DNA of 64,000 nucleotides from Eledone cirrhosa (taxonomy: Eukaryota), in the NCBI GenBank assembly GCA_964016885.1, contig OZ024742.1, positions 94,240,001 to 94,304,000 of the forward strand. The letters are read 5' to 3'. The notes under the pieces are model-generated. The model was not told the origin of the DNA. It searched no databases and was given only the letters and a program-made list of their open reading frames with translations. Shown here piece after piece: positions 13,905-24,902 of the stretch. Within the stretch, counting starts at the first letter, position 1. Every line of letters starts with the position of its first letter. Both the position numbers and the translations under genes were made by a program.

Positions 13905-15770
13905 AGGTGTCAGATACATGTCTTTTGATAAGAATGGGATGATAGTAAAAAAAGTAAAGAAGGTGGAGCAATCATCATCATGGACAAAAACCACTACAAG
14001 GATATGGTCCTAGAACAGTTGAATAACGAGGATTTTTACAGAAAAATCAGTAAAGACGAATAAAGAGAATCGAAGATTAAAGTAGGCAATCTGACGACGA
14101 AGTACCAAAACAACCTCACACTAAAGGAAATCAATTACTTAACCAACTTCGAAATGAAAACCAGCAATTTCTATGGTTTACCGAAGGGTCACAAATCCAG
14201 AGAAATCTAAAACCACACAAAAGGCAAAAATACATCATATGTTGAAGTACCAAAACCGACAGATTTAAAATTACGCCTAATTGTTGCTGGTCCAGCCTCA
14301 AGCACACAACGTCTAAGCAACCTACTGAAACCCTTACGTAAAAAAGTGACAAGCTTCATCAGAGATGATATGTAATTCCTGAACTATATCTCCCAGAAAG
14401 TACACCTAGAAATAATCTTAGTCAGCTTTGACGTAACAAGCTTATATACTAACATCTCACAAGACTTAGGAGTTGAAGCTGTTGACTTCTGGATTACAAA
14501 ACATCCAGACTACATTTCAGTGAGATTCCCCACAAAAAATATTTTGGAAGGACTCAAATTTCCTTTTTGATAATCAACTATATTTACAAATAAAAGGACC
14601 AGGCATGGGCACCAAAGTGGCCCCAACATATTCAACACTCGTTATGGGCCACCTAGAAGCAAAATTACATTCCAAACTGCAGGAAACATTCAGTCATGAC
14701 TTAGCCACCTACATTAATCACAACTGGAAAGGTTAATTATACGACTACTTCATCTTCTGGAATAGACGCCAATAATTCCATTCCATCATAAACAATCTTC
14801 ACGAAGAAATAAAATTCACCATGGAATGTAATAAAAAGGAACTATCGTTTCTGGATATCCTTATCATTAAGGAAGGGGAAAATATCAAAACGGACTTATT
14901 TTACAAACCAACAGACACACAACAATACTTGAATTTTCGTTCATCACACCCATCACATACCAAAAGGAACATTCCTTTTAACATGGCTAGACGCATCTGC
15001 ACCATAGTGACATACCCCACACTACAGGAAAAAAGATTATATGAATTAAAAGAGTTCCTTAAGAGACAAGAATATGCGGTGAACCTCATCAACACAACCA
15101 TCTCCAAAGCCCAGAACATCCCAGTGTCAACACTGAGAAAAACAAAGCAACAAAATAGAATGGAAAAAACAGTTGTCCTTTTTGTCATCACTAACAATCC
15201 AAGTAACTTCAACATTGTGAAAGCCGCCAAACAATATTTCCCGATTCTCCAGCAGTCCTCTAAAATGTATGCACTCATAAAAGACGCGCAAATTATATAT
15301 AATAAACGTCAAGCACCCAACCTAAAGAAACTGCTTACCAAGGCAAAATTTACGTCTAATAATGAAGCAATGCAAGTTAAGAAATGCGGGCACCCTCGAT
15401 GCGGAACTTGCGAACACATTGAAGAGGGTGAATAAATCTCCTTTAAAAACAACCAGTCTTTCACAGTTAATGCAAACATGAATTGCAAAACCAAAAACTT
15501 CATTTACTGTGCAACCTGCCCACAATGTAAAGAATACTATATTGGTGAAACCGGAACGGGTCTACATGACAGAGTTCGAGTACATAAACAACAAATTAGA
15601 GACCCCTCTGTCAGAAACACCACATGCAATGAACACTTCGCAACATGCGGAAAGGGAAATTTCACAATTTTCCCCTTCTTATATGGTCGGACAACGAACA
15701 TTTCCGAAAATATAAAAAGAATTCTTTATTAGAAAATACAAACCACTACTGAACACAAAAAGTGATACTC
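13905..15770 (+). pseudogene. Penelope-like element RT plus GIY-YIG endonuclease (disrupted)
   Basis: GGAIIIMDK, FYGLPK, VSFDVTSLYTNI, GMGTKVAP, FLDILI, YKPTDTQQYLNFRSSHP, CGHPRCGTC linker and IYCATCPQCKEYYIGETG. Confidence 0.9.
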
Positions 15771-16039
15771 CATCTTCAAGTAACGGAATTCTCCCCTTCT
15801 TTTTTCTTTTAAAAAAATCTCATATTGAAAAAGAAAAATAGTTGATGACACCCATACTTTCAAACATTCAATCGCCGAAGAGAAGAAAAACCCTCAGAGG
15901 TACAATAACATTTCATTAATTTCCGCTTCCTCACACCAATGTATATGTGAACTTAAACACTTGAGTAGATGTATGTACAGATGTGGTTTTTTTTTATATA
16001 TGTGTCTGTAAGTATACAGATATGTTTATATGTATGTCT

Positions 16040-16087
16040 GCATACGTGTGTGTGTATATATGTGTGTGTATGCACGTGCGTATGTGC

Positions 16088-16155
<68 letters not shown>

Positions 16156-16340
16156 TGTGTGTGTATATATATGTGTGTGTATGTATATGTATATATATGT
16201 GTGTGTGTGTATATATGTGTGTGTATGTGTGTATGTATATATATATGTATATGTGTGTGTATGATTATGTGTATACGTATGTATGTACATGGATGTGTGG
16301 GCGTATGCATGTGTGTGTATATACATATATACATATATAG
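16040..16340. repeat. (TG/TA)n microsatellite
   Basis: Directly visible. Confidence 0.95.
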
Positions 16341-17540
16341 ATAGTTAAAGAAAGAAGAGTAACATGATTGGCTGTACAATAAGGGCTTTATTTAAAGTAC
16401 TGACAATTGTTTCGTTGATCAGGTGCGACTAGAGTTCGCTAATCGCTTGAGGTTGCGTCAATCGATCTGCAATACATTGTTTACCACTGGTCAACACATC
16501 AGAGTACGTAGATATGAAAATAATTCACTCGAGGCAAGACTTATATAGAAAAACAGCGTAAAACCAAACCAATAACATCAATAATAAAATAGTGTATAAT
16601 TAAAACAATAACATCAATAATAAGATATTTATGGTAAATAGATAGAGAAATTACAGATGTAAAAAGTAAAAAGTAAAATATAAGATAGGGTACATTAAAA
16701 AATAATAAGAAAATGAGGAAATTGAAAATATAAAGAAAAAGTGAGTGAGAAATTGTAAGTAGATGTTAGTAGTTTTTGAGTCAGTGTTCTTATAAGGATT
16801 CTTTGGTGATAACATGGGCAACTAGATTTGAGATGTAGATAAATATGTGTAGAGGATCCAATAAAAAAAAGACAATAAATTAGAGATTAATTGATGTATA
16901 CATGTATTATATTTATGGGCTAGGGATGATGGGACGTTTGATAAACGCTTGTTGTAAATGTTTTGCTGATGTTTCTATCTTAATGGGGTTGATGAAGAGA
17001 GGGTGGAAGAAGTGTACAGAGATTCATGATCCAGTGACCGGTTGGCAGTTTGATAGTTAATAGTGGTGCGATGGTGTGTATTCTATGTTAAAATCTAGGT
17101 GGTTTAGTACTAATTTTGGGATTGTTGGTTCAAATCATGGTGGTTTGAAGTTCGCAAATCTAGTGGCTATGTTATGCCTACAGAAAATAGATCTTTCTAT
17201 TTTGCTGTTAAGCAACATCGTACCTTAAAATATGTAGCAGTTCTAAATTACAAATCCCGCTGTAGGCTTTTGCTACCGATAATTTCGACCAGCTAATCCT
17301 ATATTCTAGGTTTTTGTCCTTAAGCTGCCAGATTTTATTGGCGAGCGTTGTAGAGTTCTCCAGTGCATGGTTCTTCGTGGAGTGTCTGTGGACGTACCAC
17401 CTTTTCTTAAACTGCCCAGCTGTGGAACCTATGTAGTGCCAGGTAGAGCTGCCTGAATTCACAGTACACAGGTATACCATACTCGAATCAAGGCATCTAT
17501 TTAGTACTGTGCACTTATCTGGTAATTACAATTTGAGGTT
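16340..17540 (-). mobile_element. Penelope-like element 3' part (Neptune-type GIY-YIG plus 3' UTR)
   Basis: ORF 17208-17480 reads VYLCTV...YIGSTAGQFKKRW..H...TTLANKIWQLK...ISW; a hammerhead motif lies in the downstream UTR. Confidence 0.75.
16397..16507 (-). ncRNA. Type I hammerhead ribozyme motif (A9>U variant, long stem II)
   Basis: GTACT CTGATGT GTTGA..(~80 nt)..TCAAC GAAAC AATT GTC AGTAC, followed by AATAAA. Confidence 0.7.
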
Positions 17541-17739
17541 TTATTTCGTGCAGGTTCGTCGTTGCGGTATTGTAAGTTGTTGTGGGTGGGTTGTGATTTA
17601 GGCTTATTAATGTTTTGTTGTGATGCGTTCTGGTTGTGATGTTGTTATGTGTTTTGTATTTGGTGCTATCTTAAAACTATCCACGACGCGGAGTACTCAT
17701 AACCTCTAACTGGATTACTTATAACGATAAATTGTTATC

Positions 17740-17786
<47 letters not shown>

Positions 17787-17789
17787 TAT

Positions 17790-18032
17790 AACCGTCTATG
17801 CATTTCAGGCTTAACTGGCCTTCGTCAGGACGGTCCCTCCCACCGCTTGCGACTGCTGGACTAGAAGACAGCTGAGAATATATACTTTTCTCGTCTGTGT
17901 AAATGAGGTGATTAATCTCATTTGCATATGAAGCTGCATAGCTACGACTTCCTAAAACTGTATTTCTTTGGAGATAGGAAATATTTATACATATTGTATA
18001 AAGCTATGCTTGAAGCGAAATCCTATTTCTTT

Positions 18033-18040
<8 letters not shown>
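17790..18040 (-). repeat. Left arm of the outer inverted repeat (partner 19525-19778)
   Basis: About 250-bp reverse complement of the partner; about 3 substitutions seen by eye. Confidence 0.95.
17791..17834 (-). ncRNA. Minimal type I hammerhead ribozyme
   Basis: Reverse complement of 19733-19776. Confidence 0.88.
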
Positions 18041-18107
<67 letters not shown>

Positions 18108-18329
18108 ACACACACACACATATAAATATATATATATATAGATAATTTAATATATCTACTAACATAAGCGCACAGATGTACGCTAATGCCAGCAAATACA
18201 CAGGTTATGTCATAGTACCTAGGTGGTTCAATGCAGGACAATGCAGAACAATAATATATAAGACGTAAAATAAGAAAATTTCTTTAAAAAAATTTTTTTT
18301 TAAAATTAACTTACTTATTTGAATTTTCA

Positions 18330-18409
18330 CTCCAACTAATTAGTTTCTGCAATGGGATAAAGACAGTTACGTAATGAACTGTTGAGAATTTCATTGCGTC
18401 ATCAGGGAG
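18330..18409 (-). ncRNA. Type I hammerhead ribozyme (intact core)
   Basis: CTCC CTGATGA cGCAATG...CATTGCa GAAAC TAATTA GTT GGAG; palindromic stem III and GUU cleavage triplet. Confidence 0.8.
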
Positions 18410-18955
18410 GTAATTCTCAGCCGAGTCTCCAGGCGATGCGCGGACACTGGGGACTCATATAAAAATAATAATAATTCAGCAACTGGAACAGCTATCGAGG
18501 ACTGGATTCCAGCCACTGAAAATTCTCACTGCCACTGATCATATGGCCGATTCTAAAGAATCAATCACGTGACACAGAGGCTAGTCAGTAGGAATGGGAT
18601 GGTAAGATGACAGACGCCTACTAACACCCCCCCAAAAAAAATTTAGAAGTGGTTTTGGCAGGTTTGCTCGACAAATCAGTGATTTGTCGAGCAAACCTGC
18701 CAAAACCACTTCTAAATTTTTTTTTTTGGGGGGGGGGGTGTTAGTAGGCGTCTGTCATCTTACCATCCCATTCCTACTGACTAGCCTCTGTGTCACGTGA
18801 TTGATTCTTTAGAATCGGCCATATGATCAGTGGCAGTGAGAATTTTCAGTGGTTGGAATCCAGTCCTCGATAGCTGTTCCAGTTGCTGAATTATTATTAT
18901 TTTTATATGAGTCCCCAGTGTCCGCGCATCGCCTGGAGACTCGGCTGAGAATTAC

Positions 18956-19035
18956 CTCCATGATGACGCAATGAAATTCTCAACAGTTCATTACGTAACT
19001 GTCTTTATCCCATTGCAGAAACTAATTAGTTGGAG
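18956..19035 (+). ncRNA. Hammerhead copy with C3>A core substitution
   Basis: Mirror of 18330-18409 but reads ATGATGA. Confidence 0.7.
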
Positions 19036-19103
19036 TGAAAATTTAAGTAAGTAAGTTAATTTTAAAAAAAAAATTTTTTTAAAGAAATTTTCTTATTTTA
19101 CGT

Positions 19104-19522
<419 letters not shown>

Positions 19523-19524
19523 TA

Positions 19525-19870
19525 TATATATATAAAAGAAATAGGATTTCGCTTCAAGCATAGCTTTATACAATATGTATAAATATTTCCTATCTCCAAA
19601 GAAATACAGTTTTAGGAAGCCGTAGCTATGCAGCTTCATATGCAAATTAGATTAATCACCTCATTTACACAGACGAGAAAAGTATATATTCTCAGCTGTT
19701 TTCTAGTCCAGCAGTCGCAAGCGGTGGGAGGGACCGTCCTGACGAAGGCCAGTTAAGCCTGAAATGCATAGACGGTTAGCCGCCTTGCTTCTGCTGGACA
19801 TCACCAGAGGGCGTTAGACCCCCCCACCCCCTCCCGGTGTTTGCATAGCTACGGCTGAAGGGTTTTTCAA
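19525..19870 (+). mobile_element. Short non-coding hammerhead-bearing retroelement end (PLE pseudo-LTR or retrozyme-like)
   Basis: Bounded by (TA)n, no ORF, contains an intact hammerhead and long-range complementary flanks. Confidence 0.65.
19733..19776 (+). ncRNA. Minimal type I hammerhead ribozyme
   Basis: ACCGTC CTGACGA AGGC cagttaa GCCT GAAA TGCA TA GACGGT: 6-bp stem I, full core, 4-bp stem II, palindromic ATGCAT stem III, AUA cleavage after 19770. Confidence 0.9.
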
Positions 19871-19957
19871 CATATGTATATACAGGATTTCCATAGATGA
19901 TAGAGCAAGGAAAACAATGCTTGATCTATTGCAAGAGAGCTTATTTAATGCAAATAA

Positions 19958-20070
19958 TTGTTTCTACTTTAGGCACAAGGCCTGCAATTAACTAGTTCAT
20001 TACTGGTACTTTATTTTATCACCCCGTAAGGATGAAAGGCAAAGTCAACCTCGACGGGATTTGAACTTAT
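19958..20070 (-). mobile_element. SINE family A fragment
   Basis: GGATGAAAGGCAAAGTCAACCTCG...GGATTTGAAC on the plus strand. Confidence 0.7.
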
Positions 20071-20617
20071 TTAATGTAAATAATGCTTCATAAACTTAAC
20101 ATGTATGTGAAACTATTTCTTTCAGGGTCCCGTTATAGCCACCACTGTATATTCGAGGATATTTGCCCTCACGCTCAATGAGGGGTCAGTTTGGAAGAAC
20201 CTCCTCCAATATATAACTGGACCCCAAAACCAATGGTTGCATATACATGCTAAGTTCATGAAACATTATTTGTAGTATATATCATCATCATCATCATCAT
20301 CATCGTTTAACGTCTATCTTCCACGCTAGCATGGGTTAGACATATATATATATATATATATGTGTATGTGTGTTTGAGTATATGCATCTCTTGCTTTCTG
20401 TCTCACTCTCTCTCACTATCTCTTTTTACACATACACACACACACACACATAGATATGCATCCCCTCGCTTTCAAATATACATTTATATGCTTATCAATA
20501 TACACTTGAATACACAATTTTAAATTGTAATATTATAAAATTAAATTGTTTAGAACACCAACTACAAGAGACGATATTTTTTTCCTTTTTTCAAATATTC
20601 ATAAATATATACAAATA

Positions 20618-20790
20618 TCGTTTTATGTCCATTCTTCCACGCTAGCATGGGTTAGACGGGTTGTCTTGTTGTGGGCAATGCCATGTCAGGTGACCATGTC
20701 TTGCTCATACAGAACTGATTTTGGCCTCATTTCTACAGCTGGATGCCCTTCCTAACACCAACCACATTTACAGTGAGTACTGGGTGTCTA
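20618..20790 (-). mobile_element. RTE LINE 3' UTR fragment
   Basis: Matches 52254-52420 (CCACGCTAGCATGGGTTAGACGGG...GCTGGATGCCCTTCCTAACACC). Confidence 0.8.
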
Positions 20791-21059
20791 ACCATTCAGC
20801 AACATTTGGAAATGAGTTTACATGTGAAAGCATATATCTGAGGAGCCTTCAATTCCAGAGTCAGGAATGAATATGATCGATCTTTCTTTGAGCTGATCGG
20901 CAGTGAAACATACATAATGTGATTAAATATGATGCAACACATTCTTTGTTCCCGAATTATTATTATTGATACTCTAACCCCCCCCCCCCCCCACCCAATA
21001 GCATCTAGTGCTCATCTTGGAGTACCACCTGAGAACGTAATTCAATTGCACCCTTTCTA

Positions 21060-21100
<41 letters not shown>

Positions 21101-21179
21101 TCATCATCATCATCATCACTGTTTAACCTCTATTTTTCTTGCATTGCTTGCATTGGTTAGATGGGTCACCCATGTCATG

Positions 21180-21979
21180 AGGTATGTCTAGTGAGCTGGC
21201 CATGCTGTACTATATTTGGGGGGGGGGGGGGTTACAGTTGGATGCCCTTCCTAACACCAGCCACATTTACAGTGTGGAACTGGATGGTACTGTTATGAGG
21301 AGGGTGTGGCCTGTGGCCAGGCCATACCCTGCTCATATCGGTTCCATAATTTGGGAGCTGGCTGGTCCATTCTGAAGTATGTCTGGCCAGTTGGCCACAT
21401 CAAGCCTTACTCTTAGTGGAGCCCTAGGTGGCACCGTTATGAAGAGTATCTGGCCAGTTCGCTGCATCAAACCTCACTCAGAGTGGAGCTGTGTTACCGG
21501 GTAGTCCTGTCTTGAACTAAGTTTGGTCAAATGGCCACACCGTACATTGCACGTATCATGTTATGTATTTTATGATCAGAGTAGTTACATTATGAGGGAG
21601 ATCTGGCCAGTTGGCTGTGCCATGCATTGCTCATAGTGGAACCATGTTTGGGCTAGGTTTTTATGGCTGTTGGATGCCCTTTCTCCTGCCAACCATGTTT
21701 AGAGTGTGGAACTGGGAGGCACCATTGTGAGACAAGTCTGGCCAGTTCGTTGTGTTGTACCTTGTTCAAGCAGTACTTTTGCAGGTGGATGCCCTTCCTA
21801 ACACCAACTGCATTTGTAGTGTGGAGCTGGTTGGTCTAGTTATGAGACAAGTCTGTTCAGATGGACATGCCATACCTTGCACAAATCTGGACTCTGCTCA
21901 AATTGAAACCATAATTTGGGAGCTGTGTGAACCCATTATGAGGGAAGACTGGTCAGTTGGCTATGCCATGTCTTGCTGA

Positions 21980-21980
<1 letters not shown>
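21180..21980. repeat. Degenerate tandem array with a TTATGAG...TCTGGCCAGTTGGC core
   Basis: About 7-8 diverged units, interleaved with RTE-UTR-like GGATGCCCTTCCTAACACC blocks. Confidence 0.65.
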
Positions 21981-22112
<132 letters not shown>

Positions 22113-22544
22113 ATACCATGCAGGGCCAATGTATCAATTCACCAGAAATATTTTCCCTTTGGGCTACTTTTGAACACCATCTTCTAACTTTTGAAAACAT
22201 TATGCTACTATTAATTAAATTTATCTGGCAACCCTCAACACCAACATGTGTTTGAACATATTTTAAATATTAAAACGTCACATCTTTAACTTAAAACTTT
22301 TTTTTTCCTGAAAGAAACCTTAAGTGATCATCTAGCTGATGTTATCTATCAGATAATTTGAATGAGACTCTCATTGATGTAGTTTCATGTTGCATGCTTT
22401 TGGAGATGAAATTTAGTACATACAGGTCACTTTCAAATGTTGAAATGCTAATGTATTGCCTTATGTAGAGTGTATATATTGAATAATCATTAGCATGATC
22501 ACCATCATTACCATGATGATCACCACCACCAAAGGGTAAAGACA

Positions 22545-22840
22545 CATTTTTTGTCATGTATGGGATTTACACCTAGAAGACTGAGCAAGTTCGATTGTGG
22601 AAGACCAGTAGTTGTCCATGGATACCAGTCTCCCCTCTCCACACCACCAGTGATGTCCAAGGGAAAGGCAAACGCTTGACACCAGTGACGTTGTAACTCA
22701 TTTCTGCTGCTGAGTGAACTGGAGCAATGTGAAATAAAGTGTATTACTAAAGGACACAATACATTGCCTAGTATGGGAATTGAACTCACAACCTAACAAT
22801 TGTAAGCCCATTGTTCTAACCAATAAGTCCTGTGCCTTCA
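22545..22840 (-). mobile_element. tRNA-derived SINE (family B)
   Basis: Homologous to 3673-4010. Confidence 0.8.
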
Positions 22841-22921
22841 CCATGAATATCATAATCATCATCATAATACTTATCATCATCATTATCTACATGATGATAA
22901 TGATTTCTGATTTGTTTACAT

Positions 22922-23122
22922 AATTATTTCTACTTTTGGCACAAGGCCAGCAATTATCCCAGTGCATTACTAGTAATTTATTTCATCGACCCCGTAAGGA
23001 TGAGAGGCAAAGTTAACCTCGGCGGGATTTGAACTCAGACCATAAAGGGCCGTAAATCTTTGCGTCAAAGCATTGCGTCAAAGCATTGCGTCCGCCCCAC
23101 TACCGATACTGCCAATCCACAC
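22922..23122 (-). mobile_element. tRNA-derived SINE (family A)
   Basis: Homologous to 4975-5188; carries an internal duplication of TTGCGTCAAAGCA. Confidence 0.8.
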
Positions 23123-23899
23123 ATAATAATGATTGATGATGATTGCTTGCAGTTTCATCCAGAATAGAATAATTCTTATTAAATTAAAGAAAGTTTTATC
23201 TTCAAAATATGTTAACAATAATCCTCATCAAACCCACCATACAAGTATCACCACTAACATAATCTTCATCATAACTACTATCACCATCATCATCATCATC
23301 AGTATCATCATTATGACGATGAACCTCATAGTCATCATCTTAAATGTGACCACTGTCACCAGTGCTTTCACAATCATCTACATTGTTATCATCACAATCA
23401 TCAACATATTCAACACTACCATTGACATTATCATCATTACCGTCATATAAATACTAGCACCAGAAACTTCAACATCACCATTTAGGAATAAAGGAACCCT
23501 AATGTCATCACTCAACTTGCTAAAAATATCTATAAATATTCAGATTTTGTAATCAAGTACTCTTTTTGTGGTGAATATCAAAAACTAGAAATATGTCAGA
23601 AGAAAACATAGATTTGATATTACTAGATGTGAAAATGTTTATTATGTATTATCTGGAGCTATGGATTTTATCTCTGGAATTTGCTATTGATATTGTTGTA
23701 GCCTCCCCGACTCTATGCCACATTCATTTTTGTTGTCTTTTCTTCTGGGCATTAACTAATATACACGTAGTAACTGGCACTTCTGCCTCCATCTCCAATT
23801 TGATTGGCCCCTTACCATACTCTACTACTCCAATACTTGGGGTAGTAGAGTGTGGTAGTATGAAAGAGTCGGGCCCTGACAGCTGAGGTCTTGCTGTTT

Positions 23900-24286
23900 A
23901 AACCAAAGAATTTAAGGCGTTTATTAACTTATAATTGTTTCTACAATATATTTTTTTAAAACTACGATATTTTTTTAATGTATTCTTAATTGTAAAATGT
24001 TATCATGAACTCTAAAACACAAACAATAATATATTTCTTTAGACTATATTATGTTTTAATTGCATTCACAACTGTAAACTTTTATCGTGATATTCTGATA
24101 AGTGATTTGTATATTATGTTTTAATTATTTTCTTGAGTGACTCATATCGGTATTTAGATGATATCTGATGACACTCATGGTCTATACTCACTAATGGTGA
24201 ATTGTTAAATAAAATAATTCACTATAGGTAGCGTAACCCGGGTAGAAAGAATGGTTACTTACTAAAAGCCTTAAATTCTTTGGTTT
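23900..24286. mobile_element. MITE-like element with terminal inverted repeats
   Basis: AAACCAAAGAATTTAAGGC (23900-23918) and its perfect reverse complement (24268-24286); no clear TSD. Confidence 0.5.
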
Positions 24287-24761
24287 GTAAACAAACTATA
24301 AATATATAACAGCTCTGCAGGATCTTCATTACATTGAGCTAAAAAGCACCTAGTAAATGAATATATTTCTCTCATCAATATCAATATAATATTATTATAA
24401 TATTATTATATATATATATATGATTTTTGTTTTGTTTATTACTTTAGTCTCCACACTTATTGTAACCCTAATCTCCATTTGTCTTCCTTTCTTCTTTACT
24501 TATCACATCTACTTGCCCACACAATCCTCTCTCAACCATCTCTATTTCTCATTTACCTGATACTCACCTCTCAACTTTACATTTCCCTGTACCTAATAGC
24601 CACTGATTTCTGACGTTAAAGGTATTTTACCCGACTTACATACAGTTGTCATATATGGAGATTTGGCTGTCGTAACAGCTATGCCTTGCATTCGAGTTTT
24701 CAAATTATACATATATCAATATAGTTATGTAATAAACAACATAAGATAATTATTTCATTTG

Positions 24762-24814
24762 CCAGTGGTTTCTTGAAGGCAGATGTTATGTCTGTCTTCA
24801 GTCGTCAGCCTACA
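24762..24814 (-). ncRNA. Truncated or degenerate hammerhead motif
   Basis: CTGACGA cTGAAGaCAGA-loop-TCTGcCTTCAa GAAAC CACTGG; the 3' strand of stem I is missing. Confidence 0.5.
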
Positions 24815-24902
24815 TAGGGGACTCTTTTTTCCTGTACCTTTCCAGCAGAAATATTTCACATATATAAATATATATAAGAGGCACACACACAAAAACATAT
24901 AT

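Noticed and set aside
15770-15960. Expected hammerhead at the 3' end of the plus-strand Penelope element
   Set aside because: No CUGANGA/GAAA core with pairing stems was found.
15969-16379. ORFs rich in YI/CV/HT (also at 13.1, 22, 27.5, 42.8, 46.8 and 58.5 kb)
   Set aside because: They are translations of TA/TG microsatellites.
20834-20925. Hammerhead-like CTGAGGA...GAAAC
   Set aside because: The cleavage position would be G, and stems I and II are weak.
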